DNA from: Dongiaceae bacterium | GTDB taxonomy: Bacteria; Verrucomicrobiota; Verrucomicrobiia; Limisphaerales; JAFMIX01 | NCBI GenBank assembly: GCA_035492855.1 | Contig: DATJIU010000105.1 | Location: 20,188-84,187 of the forward strand | DNA: 64,000 bases | Reading direction: 5' to 3' | Part shown: positions 1 through 8,972 of the stretch, in pieces | Numbering within the stretch: position 1 is the first letter of the stretch | How the letters are laid out: every line of letters starts with the position of its first letter | Program-made: the position numbers and the translations under genes | The notes under the pieces: generated by a model | Database searches by the model: none | The model's input: only the letters and a program-made list of their open reading frames with translations | Told to the model about the DNA's origin: nothing

Positions 1-1
1 G

Positions 2-691
2 ATGCTCAATATCATCAACGAGGAACGCGAGGAGGTTCACCTCATCACCATTGAGGACCCCATCGAATACTACCACAAGCACAAGAAGGGGCTTGTCACC
101 CAGCGCGAAGTGCATGTGGACGTGCCCAACTTCGCCGAGGCGCTGCGCCGCGCACTCCGCCAGGACCCGGACGTGATTCTGGTCGGCGAAATGCGCGATC
201 TGGAAACGATTGAGGCCGCCGTGACCGCCGCGGAAACCGGGCACTTGGTGTTTGGCACCCTGCACACCACCGGCGCGGCCAAGACGATTGACCGCTTGGT
301 GAATGCGTTTCCGGTGAACCAGCAGGAAACCATCCGCATCCAGCTTTCCACCGTGTTGCAGGCGGTGATTTCGCAGTTGCTCATCCCGCGGGTGGACAAA
401 CCCGGCCGGGTGGCCGTGTTTGAGGTGATGGTCAACACGCCGTCCGTGGCGGCGCTCATCCGCGACAACAAGACCTTCCGGCTCAACTCCGACATCCAGA
501 CCGGCGCAAAATTTGGCATGGTGACGCTCGACGGGTTCCTGCTGGAAAAATATGCCGCCGGCATGATCGCCCGCGAAGAAGTCATCACCAAGGCCCAGGA
601 CCCGGTGACCATCCAGCAAAAACTGCAGGAACTGGAACTGGCCATGGCCGTGGGGGAAAAATCCGGGGTTCAGGTGGAGGGAAAGAAATAG
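2..691 (+). CDS. pilT: Type IV pilus retraction ATPase PilT, C-terminal 229 aa (5' end outside window)
   Basis: ORF open to window edge; Asp box [11 protein letters not shown], Walker [13 protein letters not shown], His box [11 protein letters not shown]; stop at 689-691, next gene starts 3 nt later. Confidence 0.9.
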   Translation: MLNIINEEREEVHLITIEDPIEYYHKHKKGLVTQREVHVDVPNFAEALRRALRQDPDVILVGEMRDLETIEAAVTAAETGHLVFGTLHTTGAAKTIDRLVNAFPVNQQETIRIQLSTVLQAVISQLLIPRVDKPGRVAVFEVMVNTPSVAALIRDNKTFRLNSDIQTGAKFGMVTLDGFLLEKYAAGMIAREEVITKAQDPVTIQQKLQELELAMAVGEKSGVQVEGKK

Positions 692-694
692 CCC

Positions 695-2386
695 ATGTCC
701 GACGCCGCTAACAATCCGTTGCTGATGCTGGTCCGCGAGAACGGACTGATTGACGATTTGCAGTTGGAAGAAGTGATTGCCGAGCAGGGCCGTTCTGGCA
801 AGTCCGTGGCCCAGATTTTGGCCGACCTCGGGTTGGTGGATATCGAGACCCAATTGCAGGTCGTGGCCGATCACCTGGGCACCAAGGTGGTGATCCTGGG
901 CGATACCCTGCCCGAGGAAGTGGTCAAGGCTATTCCGGCCAATGCCGCCCGCGATTACCAGTGCCTTCCGGTGGCCTTGAACGACAACCGGCTGCAACTG
1001 GCCCTCGTGGATCCGCTGACCCCCAGCCACCTCGACGAACTCACGTTCATCATCCGCCGTGAATTCCAAATTGTGGTGGCCGACCCCGTCCAAATTGCCC
1101 GGCTCATTGAAAAGTATTATACCGCTGAAGCTGGCAGCACCATGGACGTTTTGCAGGGCTTGGGCGACGACCCCAATCTTGGCCAGAACGTGGATGTGGA
1201 GGACGAGGCTGAACTGACCGACCTCGCCAACGAGGTGCCGATTGTCCGCTTTGTCAACCTGGTGCTCTCGCAGGCGGTGCAAGACCGGGCGAGCGACATT
1301 CACTTTGAGCCGTTCGAGGACGAGTTCAAAATCCGTTACCGCGTGGACGGGGCGCTCTATGAAATGGCGCCGCCGCCCAAGCATCTGGCCTTGCCGGTGA
1401 TTTCGCGTCTCAAGGTCATGTCCAACCTGAACATTTCCGAACGCCGCCTGCCGCAGGACGGACGCATGACCATTCCCGTGGGCAAGCGTATGATTGACCT
1501 GCGCGTGTCCACCTTGCCCACGCAGTTTGGCGAGTCCATTGTGCTGCGCGTGCTCGACCGTTCCGCGGTGAACCTGGAAATCGAATCGCTGGGCTTTCCG
1601 AAGGATGTATATGACTACGTAACCGAGGTCATCCAGCGGCCCAACGGCATTTTCGTGGTTACCGGCCCCACTGGTTGTGGCAAGACTACTACCTTGTATT
1701 CCTGCCTGCGCCGGGTGAATACCATTGATTCCAAGCTGCTGACGGCTGAAGACCCGGTTGAATTTGATATCGAAGGCATCATGCAGGTGGCCATTAATGA
1801 AGGGGTGGGCATGACCTTCAGCAAGGCGCTCCGCTCTTTTCTGCGTCAGGACCCGGACATCATCATGGTCGGGGAAATGCGCGACTTGGAAACCGCCCAA
1901 ATTTCCATCCAGGCCTCGCTGACCGGTCACTTGGTGCTCAGCACCTTGCACACCAATGACTCCCCTGGGGCCGTGACCCGTCTGGTGGACATGGGGGTCG
2001 AGCCTTTCTTGATTTCTTCCACCCTGGTGGCCGTGCTCGGCCAACGTCTGGTGCGGCGGATCTGCAAAGACTGCCGGTCGCCGTTTGAACCCACGGAGAC
2101 GCAACTGGCATTGCTGAATCTCTCGCCCCATGATTTGGGCGATAAGGTATTCTATTACGGCCGAGGCTGTTCCACCTGCCACGACACTGGTTACAAGGGC
2201 CGGAAGGGCATTTATGAGCTCCTGGCCATGAGTGATCCCATCCGGACGCTGATCAATGACCGCGCACCCACGCTGGTGTTGCGGCAGAAAGCCGTGGAGT
2301 TGGGCATGGTGACCTTGCGGGAGGACGGCTTGCGCAGCATCTTCGATGGTGCTACTACTATAGAAGAAGTCGTCAAATATACGTAA
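695..2386 (+). CDS. pilB: Type IV pilus/T2SS assembly ATPase (PilB/GspE family), 563 aa
   Basis: ATG at 695; N-terminal T2SSE_N-like region, Walker [11 protein letters not shown], Asp box LTAEDPVEF, Walker [13 protein letters not shown], His box [10 protein letters not shown], tetracysteine CKDC...CSTC; sits between pilT and pilC. Confidence 0.9.
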   Translation: MSDAANNPLLMLVRENGLIDDLQLEEVIAEQGRSGKSVAQILADLGLVDIETQLQVVADHLGTKVVILGDTLPEEVVKAIPANAARDYQCLPVALNDNRLQLALVDPLTPSHLDELTFIIRREFQIVVADPVQIARLIEKYYTAEAGSTMDVLQGLGDDPNLGQNVDVEDEAELTDLANEVPIVRFVNLVLSQAVQDRASDIHFEPFEDEFKIRYRVDGALYEMAPPPKHLALPVISRLKVMSNLNISERRLPQDGRMTIPVGKRMIDLRVSTLPTQFGESIVLRVLDRSAVNLEIESLGFPKDVYDYVTEVIQRPNGIFVVTGPTGCGKTTTLYSCLRRVNTIDSKLLTAEDPVEFDIEGIMQVAINEGVGMTFSKALRSFLRQDPDIIMVGEMRDLETAQISIQASLTGHLVLSTLHTNDSPGAVTRLVDMGVEPFLISSTLVAVLGQRLVRRICKDCRSPFEPTETQLALLNLSPHDLGDKVFYYGRGCSTCHDTGYKGRKGIYELLAMSDPIRTLINDRAPTLVLRQKAVELGMVTLREDGLRSIFDGATTIEEVVKYT

Positions 2387-2401
2387 GCGAAAGGACCCGC
2401 T

Positions 2402-3724
2402 ATGCCGAAATTTAGTTACGTCGCCATGGATTCGAGGGGCAAGGAAACCAAAGGCACCCTCGAAGTCGCCAGCCAGAATGAAGCCATCGGGCGGGTCAAG
2501 GACATGGGGCTCTTTCCCACCAAAATTGTCGAACTCGACAAGGAAAAGCCCGAAAAGAAAGGCAAAGCCGCCGGCAAACCTGCCGCCAAGGGCAAGACCG
2601 CCAAGGGCAAGAAAAAGGGGGTGGACATCAACATCAACATTCCCTTCCTTAGCGGTCGCGTAAATTCCAAAGTCCTCTGCACCTTTACCCGGCAGTTGGC
2701 CACCCTGGTGGATGCCGGTCTGCCCCTGCTCCGCGGTTTGCGCGTGCTGGAAAAGCAGGAAAAGAACAAGACGCTCAAGGACATCATTGGCAAGCTTTCC
2801 ATCTCCATTGAGGGCGGCAGCACCTTCTCCGAAGGTCTGGCCCAGCATCCCAAGGTGTTTAACAAGCTGTTCGTCAACATGGTGAAGGCCGGCGAACTGG
2901 GTGGTGTGCTCGAAGTAGTGCTCAACCGGTTGGCGCAGTTCATGGAAAAAGCCCAGAAGATCAAGGGCAAGGTCAAGTCCGCCATGTTCTACCCCATCGC
3001 GGTGATGGTGGTGGCTGTGGCCATCGTGGGAGTGCTCATGGTGTACGTGATTCCCAAGTTCAAGGAAGTATTCTCCGGCTTGCTCGATGGCGCCCAGATG
3101 CCCTCCTTCACCCTGCTGGTGCTGAGCATCAGCGATACCATCAAGAACCATTTCCTGATCACCGTGGCTGGCGTGGTTGTGTTTGTGGTCCTCTTCCAGA
3201 TCTTCATCCGCCTCAAGTTTGGCCGGCGGCTTTGGGACAAGTTCAAACTCAAGGTGCCCGCCCTCGGGCCGGTCATCAGCAAGATTGCCATTGGCCGTTT
3301 CACCCGTACCTTGGGCACCCTGGTGAGCAGCGGCGTGCCGATTTTACAGGCCTTGCAGATTGTGAAGGAAACCACCGGCAACGTGATCATTTCCCACGCC
3401 ATTAACGGCGTTCATGAAAGCGTGAAGCAGGGCGAAACCATTACCGCCCCGCTGGAATCCTCCGGCGTTTTCCCGCCCATGGTCATCAGCATGGTGGACG
3501 TCGGCGAACAAACCGGCGCCCTGCCTGAAATGTTGCTCAAGATAGCGGATAACTATGACGAAGAGGTGGACAACGCCGTCTCCGCCATGACCTCCCTGTT
3601 GGAGCCGATTATGATCGTGTTCCTCGGATTGATCGTGGGGAGCATCGTCATCGCCATGTTCCTCCCGCTCGTGGCACTGATCAATGGCGTCGGCGACCCG
3701 GCCGGCAAGGGCGGCGGCGATTAG
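2402..3724 (+). CDS. pilC: Type IV pilus platform protein PilC/GspF family, 440 aa
   Basis: Two T2SSF repeats (FTRQLATLVDAGLPLLRGL and FTRTLGTLVSSGVPILQAL), three hydrophobic TM segments; Lys-rich linker after the N-terminal domain. Confidence 0.9.
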   Translation: MPKFSYVAMDSRGKETKGTLEVASQNEAIGRVKDMGLFPTKIVELDKEKPEKKGKAAGKPAAKGKTAKGKKKGVDININIPFLSGRVNSKVLCTFTRQLATLVDAGLPLLRGLRVLEKQEKNKTLKDIIGKLSISIEGGSTFSEGLAQHPKVFNKLFVNMVKAGELGGVLEVVLNRLAQFMEKAQKIKGKVKSAMFYPIAVMVVAVAIVGVLMVYVIPKFKEVFSGLLDGAQMPSFTLLVLSISDTIKNHFLITVAGVVVFVVLFQIFIRLKFGRRLWDKFKLKVPALGPVISKIAIGRFTRTLGTLVSSGVPILQALQIVKETTGNVIISHAINGVHESVKQGETITAPLESSGVFPPMVISMVDVGEQTGALPEMLLKIADNYDEEVDNAVSAMTSLLEPIMIVFLGLIVGSIVIAMFLPLVALINGVGDPAGKGGGD

Positions 3725-3757
3725 GCCCGAGGTTCGGGCGTTTAGCTTGTGTTTTCA

Positions 3758-3789
3758 CGGCCCGGCATTGCGCCGGGCCGTTTGGTTTT
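3758..3789 (+). terminator. Rho-independent terminator after pilC
   Basis: Perfect 9-bp GC stem CGGCCCGGC/GCCGGGCCG (3758-3766 / 3772-3780), 5-nt loop, then TTTGGTTTT. Confidence 0.7.
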
Positions 3790-3819
3790 GCGGGTAGCGG
3801 CTACAACCTCAGACCGGCT

Positions 3820-4113
3820 TCAATTCGTCCCCCAATTCGGTCCTTGCAAGTCATACACCAACAAATACACGAGCGCCGCACTCAAGAGGAGCAGGCTCAC
3901 TCCTCCCCCCACGCTGGCACAAATCCGCCCCGCCAGCAGATAACCGCTCGCGGGATTCCATTCCTCCTGCCGCCGGCACACCCGCCGGTACTGCCACAGC
4001 GCCAGCAGCGCAGCCGGCAGGCCGAACACCGGGATCAAGCCAAATAGCCCCAAAGTAAAGCAGCGCAGGGAAGCTTGGAGCAATCCGGCCCGGCTTGATG
4101 CCGTCGGCTTCAT
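3820..4113 (-). CDS. Small two-TM membrane protein (97 aa), last gene of the T2SS-like operon
   Basis: Internal ATG at 4113 overlaps stop of upstream ORF (ATGA); two hydrophobic helices (FTLGLFGLIPVFGLPAALLALW, GGGVSLLLLSAALVYLLV); the longer ORF to 4365 has an implausible Arg/Gly/Pro-rich leader. Confidence 0.5.
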   Translation of the reverse strand: MKPTASSRAGLLQASLRCFTLGLFGLIPVFGLPAALLALWQYRRVCRRQEEWNPASGYLLAGRICASVGGGVSLLLLSAALVYLLVYDLQGPNWGTN

Positions 4114-4334
4114 GGCGAAACGAAGGGTGGTGCGTTTGTGGCTGCGAGACTTCCTGCCGCCTGGGTCTGTTTTTTTTCCACCAGTTTCAGCTCCTGATGC
4201 AGCCAGTTGAGTGTGGTCACATTCGCGGCGGACAGCAGCAACAGCAGTCCCAACACGATCATGACCACCAGTACCGCCACCATTCCTGATTGCGATTGGC
4301 GGCAGGCGGAAGCGTGGTTGAGTCGGATCTTCAT
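4110..4334 (-). CDS. 74-aa single-TM protein, pilin-like N-terminus lacking Glu+5
   Basis: ATG 4334 overlaps stop of upstream pseudopilin (ATGA); SQSG|MVAVLVVMIVLGLLLLL hydrophobic helix; stop overlaps next start. Confidence 0.5.
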   Translation of the reverse strand: MKIRLNHASACRQSQSGMVAVLVVMIVLGLLLLLSAANVTTLNWLHQELKLVEKKQTQAAGSLAATNAPPFVSP

Positions 4335-4849
4335 GGCTGGTTTGTGGTTCCGGCCGAGGCCTCAAAGGTGAAGCGCGGGCGCATTTTGGTTTTGGCTTTC
4401 CCCGGTTGCAACTCCAATTCCCAGCGCCAGGCGGAAATCCCGGGACGCGGGTCCGCCCGCATTAGGGAATTCTTTATTCGCGCCAACACCCGCACCCGCG
4501 GGGCAGCGCGGCCAGCCTGGCGGTGTAGTTCGCCTTCCTGCAGATCGTAGAGAATCTCTCCGTGTTTTACGGGGATGTGCAGGAGCGTCACCTGGTCCGC
4601 CGGGTGTTCCTCTCGGATGGGGCCCGTGGCCGTGCGCACATCCGCCCGCCAGCGTTCCCCAGCGTGCAAGGCCTGGACGATGTCGTCGGCGTTGCGGCGG
4701 AGGTCGCGGTGGGCATCCCAGCTCTTGAACAAGACCATCATGCCCACCCCCAGCACCACGGACACCGCGCCCAGGTACACCAGACACTCGAGCAGCGAAA
4801 AACCATGCCGGGGCGCCGGCCGGGAAATGGAGGTCCAGCGGAGTTTCAT
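4331..4849 (-). CDS. Pseudopilin (prepilin-type N-terminal cleavage/methylation domain), 172 aa
   Basis: Start chosen at ATG 4849 (ATGA overlap with upstream stop); RHG|FSLLECLVYLGAVSVVLG has G-1, F+1, E+5 prepilin signature. Confidence 0.7.
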   Translation of the reverse strand: MKLRWTSISRPAPRHGFSLLECLVYLGAVSVVLGVGMMVLFKSWDAHRDLRRNADDIVQALHAGERWRADVRTATGPIREEHPADQVTLLHIPVKHGEILYDLQEGELHRQAGRAAPRVRVLARIKNSLMRADPRPGISAWRWELELQPGKAKTKMRPRFTFEASAGTTNQP

Positions 4850-5235
4850 TTCAAAGTTCCCTCCCGCACGACCGGGCCAATACCCTGCCGTTTGGCGGCC
4901 TGCCATTCCAGGCGTAGATGATTGCCGGTGCGGGTCAGCTCAAACTTGCCCGGCGGCAGGTTGCCGGCCGCGCCGGCGGTGACCGGGTAATTCGTGATGC
5001 CTTCGGGAAACGCCCGCCCCGCGCCGGCCACCAGGAGCTCCAGTTCGCCGTCCACAATTTCCACCGCCACCGCGCGCTGATAGGTGCTGCGCAGCACCCG
5101 GCCCTCCCGCACATACGAGTAACCCAGCGGCAACACGGCGATGGTTAGGATCGCCATGGCAATCACCAGCTCGGTCATCAACAGGCCGCGCTGGGCCCGC
5201 CGGCGGAATCGTGATGGGGCAAGGGCGGTTACCAT
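4846..5235 (-). CDS. Pseudopilin (prepilin-type N-terminal domain), 129 aa
   Basis: QRG|LLMTELVIAMAILTIAVLPLG with Glu at +5 and hydrophobic helix; start overlaps stop of upstream GspF-like gene by 7 nt. Confidence 0.75.
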   Translation of the reverse strand: MVTALAPSRFRRRAQRGLLMTELVIAMAILTIAVLPLGYSYVREGRVLRSTYQRAVAVEIVDGELELLVAGAGRAFPEGITNYPVTAGAAGNLPPGKFELTRTGNHLRLEWQAAKRQGIGPVVREGTLK

Positions 5236-6434
5236 AACACTCCCGCGTTGATGATGGAAATCAGGGCCGCAAAAATGCCGATGCAGACCAGGGCCACCAT
5301 GGTGCCGTTGAACAAAACCAGGGCGCTGGTCACTGCATGGGCGGCCGCCTGCTCCTGCTGAAACGCCCGGGCGTCCAGCGCCTCGTGCCAGCCCGTAAGC
5401 GCCTTCACGAAACCGCCGTGCGCATGTACCGCATTGGCCAGCCGCCAGCGGAATTCGCCCCGGTCATCCAGTGCCGCCAGCGCCTCCGGAAGTAGCGTTC
5501 CTTGGGCGAGGGCGGCGGCGGCCCGTCGGCTGCGCCGCTGAAAAATCTCGTTGGCCGCGCACTTTCCGGCCAGTTCCAGAGCCCCGGCTTCCGGCACGCC
5601 GCCATCGAGCAACACCGCCAGCAGGGCCGAAAAATTGCGCTGCATCCGCTTCCGTTTCCACGGCACGTGCCACGCCACCCAGTCCGTCACCGGCATGGTG
5701 GTAGATTTGAAGCACCGCCCGATGTACGGCCCGCCAATGTAAAGCGCCGCCGCCCCGAGCAACCCCGCAAATATCGTCAGTTGCCCCAGCATCAGCCATC
5801 CCCAGATTTGGTTTACCCATTGGAACAGGGGCGTGGGGGCCACGTCCATCCCCGCCAGCGTTTCCTTGAAACGGGGCAGGATTTGCACGGCCACCACGGC
5901 GAGCACCAACAGGATGGCGGGCGACAGGATGAACGCCAGCACCACCAGATAGCTTGTCGCCCCCCGGACGCTGGATTGGGCGTCATTCAACAATTGGCGG
6001 CAGGCCGGCAGCACCCGACGCAGGTCGCCCAGTTCTTCGCCGGCCAGTAACATATTGTTGAGTTGGGACGGCAAAAAATGCGGTACCTTCTGCAAAGCCG
6101 GCCCCAGCCGCCAGCCATCCTCCAGATACGCGGCCAGCAAATAAAAGTTCATTCCCAGCATGCGATCCCGGCTGTGCGCCAGTTCCACCAGCGTGGGCTC
6201 CACCGGGCGGCCCTGTTTTAAAATCAATTCCAGTAGATCCACAAACAAGCGGGCCCGTTCCTGCCGGCGCAGCGGCAGCGCCAGCAGAAAATAACCCAGC
6301 CATGCCAGCAGCCCGGCGGGCAGCAAAAAAAACAGAGCGTAGCCCAGCAGGTTTAGCAGGACGCCCACCACCTCCCAGCCTGCCGGGCCAGCATTTGCCA
6401 GCAAAGAATTGGAGTATTCAGGTGTCATGATCAT
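5229..6434 (-). CDS. GspF/PilC-family platform protein paralogue 2 (401 aa)
   Basis: Polytopic; two T2SSF-like repeats (LFVDLLELILKQGRPVEPTL... and NFSALLAVLLDGGVPEAGALELA...), extra N-terminal TM. Confidence 0.8.
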   Translation of the reverse strand: MIMTPEYSNSLLANAGPAGWEVVGVLLNLLGYALFFLLPAGLLAWLGYFLLALPLRRQERARLFVDLLELILKQGRPVEPTLVELAHSRDRMLGMNFYLLAAYLEDGWRLGPALQKVPHFLPSQLNNMLLAGEELGDLRRVLPACRQLLNDAQSSVRGATSYLVVLAFILSPAILLVLAVVAVQILPRFKETLAGMDVAPTPLFQWVNQIWGWLMLGQLTIFAGLLGAAALYIGGPYIGRCFKSTTMPVTDWVAWHVPWKRKRMQRNFSALLAVLLDGGVPEAGALELAGKCAANEIFQRRSRRAAAALAQGTLLPEALAALDDRGEFRWRLANAVHAHGGFVKALTGWHEALDARAFQQEQAAAHAVTSALVLFNGTMVALVCIGIFAALISIINAGVLW

Positions 6435-6450
6435 CTGGTCACTCCCTGTG

Positions 6451-7485
6451 CTACCGGCCCCCTGAAGGGTCGCCTATCCCGTTCAAGAACGTAATAAATA
6501 CCAGAAATTCATTGATCAGCAGGCCGCCCTGGCTTAGCACCACCACCGCCAGCAACAGCACCATGAAGGGCAAGGCGGCATACAGCAACACTTCGGCGCG
6601 GTGCACCGCCCGGCCCTGGTAGATTTCCGCCGCATATTGAAATCCCGCCGCCAGGTCCTCCCCCGCGCTCGAAACCAACCAGACAAACAGAGGCGGAAAC
6701 ATCCGGCTCCCGGCCGCCACGGCCGAAAATTTCGCCACCCCCGCCGCCAGATTGCGCGACCATCCCCCCAGTTCCCGCCGGATTTTCGCGTTTGGCTCCA
6801 GTCGCTCTAGCAGGCCCACTGCTTCCGGCAGGGACAGACCGCCTTTCAGCAGCAGTCCCAGCGTGGCGCTGGCATGCGCGAGGCTCGCCTCCCGGAACGC
6901 CGGCAGTTGCCAGCGCGCCTGTTGCCGCCACCCCGGGAGCCAGAGCAGCAACCCGGCGGCTACACACAACAGGCCCAGCAGTGTGGGAAAGATCCAGAGA
7001 TTTTCCATCAATGGCTGGGTGGCCCGGGTGAAGGCCGGCAGTTGGGCTTGATCAATCCAGCCGCCAAAGGTCAGCCCGAAGGTCTTCGTTAACAACCGGC
7101 CCCACATCTCATAAAACAACAGCGACACCCCAAAGGCCGCAAACAGCACGATGACCGGGTATACCATCAGTCCTTGGAGCCGCGTCCAGAGGTTGTGTTG
7201 CCGCTGGTAATAATCGGCCAGTAGGTTCAGCACTCCGGGCATGTCGTTGCCCTTCGCTCCCACAAGTAACAGCCGTTGGTACAGCTCGGGCAGTTGCCGG
7301 TCCGCCAGCGCCTTTTCCAGCGGGGTGCCCATTGCCAGGTCGGCCCCGAGCTTTTCCAGTTCGGTTCGCAAGGGCCCGCGGCGCAGATCCTGGCACAGCC
7401 GGCGGAGTGCGCCCTCCAAGGGAATGCCATCCCGCAACATCGCCGCCAGTTGCTGGTTCAAAAAGGCAAATTCATCCTGTTTCAT
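6451..7485 (-). CDS. GspF/PilC-family platform protein paralogue 1 (344 aa)
   Basis: FLNQQLAAMLRDGIPLEGALRRL and ATLGLLLKGGLSLPEAVGLL T2SSF repeats, TM segments; start overlaps ATPase stop by 4 nt. Confidence 0.85.
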   Translation of the reverse strand: MKQDEFAFLNQQLAAMLRDGIPLEGALRRLCQDLRRGPLRTELEKLGADLAMGTPLEKALADRQLPELYQRLLLVGAKGNDMPGVLNLLADYYQRQHNLWTRLQGLMVYPVIVLFAAFGVSLLFYEMWGRLLTKTFGLTFGGWIDQAQLPAFTRATQPLMENLWIFPTLLGLLCVAAGLLLWLPGWRQQARWQLPAFREASLAHASATLGLLLKGGLSLPEAVGLLERLEPNAKIRRELGGWSRNLAAGVAKFSAVAAGSRMFPPLFVWLVSSAGEDLAAGFQYAAEIYQGRAVHRAEVLLYAALPFMVLLLAVVVLSQGGLLINEFLVFITFLNGIGDPSGGR

Positions 7486-8588
7486 AAGCCAAAAATCCGC
7501 CGGTATTCCGCCTCGTTCGTGCCGCCCGCCTGCACCAGCAATCGCGCCGATTCCTCCAGCGACCGCTGCGGCAGCACCTCGTGCAATTCGTGATTCCGGA
7601 TTTGCGCCCGCAGCCGGTCGTCAGCCCGCAGCCACTCCACCAGCGGCACCCGGCCGCTGTAACCGGTCTGTAGACAGGGGCCGCACCCGGCGCCCCCGCA
7701 AGCCGCGCAAACCTGGCGCATCAGCCGCTGGTTGAGCACCAGCTCCAGCGCCGCGGCAATTGCCGAGCGGTCCGGACACAGCACCTGCAAGCGTTCCAGC
7801 ACGCCCCGGCAGGAACCGGCGTGCAGGGTGGCAATCACCAGATGTCCTGTGAGCGCCGCGCGCAGGGCAATGGTCGCCGTTTCCTCGTCCCGGACCTCCC
7901 CGATTACCAGCACTTGCGGATCCTGACGCAACAGATGCCGCGCCGCCTTGGCAAAATCCAGACCCCGCGCTTCGCACACCTCTGTCTGCATGACGCCGGG
8001 GATGATTTGTTCCGCCGGGTCCTCCACCGTGATAATATGCCGCCCGCCGCTCTCTGCCAAATGGCGCAGGCATGAGTAAATGGTGGTCGTTTTGCCGCTC
8101 CCGGCCGGACCGGTGAGCAGCAACAGCCCGGCGGATTGCCGCAAAAACCATTTCAATTCCGCCACCGCCGGTGCCGGAAACGCGAGTTCCTCCAACTCCC
8201 GCACGCTCCCGGGAGCAAACAGCCGGAGCACTATTTTTTCGCCCGTTACCGTGGGATATGTGGCCACCCGGAGGTCGCTGGCGGCATCCAGCGCGCTGCG
8301 GTCAATCCTTCCGTCCTGCGGCAGGGAATCCTGGTAGGTCTTCAGCCGGGCCAGATATTTGATGCGCCCAAACACCCGCTCCGCCACCGCCGGCGGCAGG
8401 GTCGAATGCGGCACTAGCAAACCATCCAGGCGAAAGGCAATCTCCGCCCCGGCGCCGCGCATTTGCAGGTGGATGTCGCTGGCTCCCGCCTGCCGCGCCT
8501 GGCGCGCCAGGTTTTCCAGGATTTCCGGCGCCGCCGCTTCCAGGAGGGTTCCGGCCGGCAGAATGGTTTGTTGATTCGCGTTGGCCAT
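7482..8588 (-). CDS. Short GspE/PilB-family secretion ATPase (368 aa, no long N-terminal domain)
   Basis: Walker A GPAGSGKTTT, Asp box ITVEDPAEQ, Walker B DPQVLVIGEVRD, His box GHLVIATLHA, compressed Cys cluster CAACGGAGCGPC. Confidence 0.9.
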   Translation of the reverse strand: MANANQQTILPAGTLLEAAAPEILENLARQARQAGASDIHLQMRGAGAEIAFRLDGLLVPHSTLPPAVAERVFGRIKYLARLKTYQDSLPQDGRIDRSALDAASDLRVATYPTVTGEKIVLRLFAPGSVRELEELAFPAPAVAELKWFLRQSAGLLLLTGPAGSGKTTTIYSCLRHLAESGGRHIITVEDPAEQIIPGVMQTEVCEARGLDFAKAARHLLRQDPQVLVIGEVRDEETATIALRAALTGHLVIATLHAGSCRGVLERLQVLCPDRSAIAAALELVLNQRLMRQVCAACGGAGCGPCLQTGYSGRVPLVEWLRADDRLRAQIRNHELHEVLPQRSLEESARLLVQAGGTNEAEYRRIFGL

Positions 8589-8600
8589 AAGACAGGGGCT

Positions 8601-8972
8601 TCAGTTTTGCTCTGTTTCCGCAATCAGAGAGTGCAGGCCGTGCTCGTCCCGCATGAGCCGGTTCAAGTGGCATTTGAGCTGGGCCAGTTGCGCCTGGAAA
8701 TGCCGGTCGGGCTTCTCCCACAGGAACTGGCTGGCCGTCTTTACGGGCTGGGAGTTCCGGCCCCACGCCCCCAGGCTGACAACCAGCGCCGCAAAGGCCA
8801 CACTGCTGGCCCAGGCCAGCCGGGGCAGCCAGGATTCTGTGTCGGCTAGTGGTGTCGCCGCACTTCGGTCAATGTGCCGCCGCACTCTTCCGGGAAATTC
8901 CTCCCAATACGCCGCCGGCCGCTCCGGCACCGGAACGCCCTGCAACTTCGCATTGAGCTCGCCATCATTCAT
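8601..8972 (-). CDS. Putative anti-sigma factor / single-TM membrane protein (123 aa)
   Basis: Start overlaps sigma-factor stop by 8 nt; cytoplasmic N-terminus, one TM (LAWASSVAFAALVVSLGAW), short C-terminal domain; no zinc-binding anti-sigma motif seen, so the call is positional. Confidence 0.45.
   Translation of the reverse strand: MNDGELNAKLQGVPVPERPAAYWEEFPGRVRRHIDRSAATPLADTESWLPRLAWASSVAFAALVVSLGAWGRNSQPVKTASQFLWEKPDRHFQAQLAQLKCHLNRLMRDEHGLHSLIAETEQN

Noticed and set aside
2537-2620. Lys/Ala/Gly-rich insert in PilC (DKEKPEKKGKAAGKPAAKGKTAKGKKKG)
   Set aside because: It lies in the naturally variable, basic linker between the PilC N-terminal domain and the first T2SSF repeat. It is probably lineage-specific low complexity rather than a separate feature.
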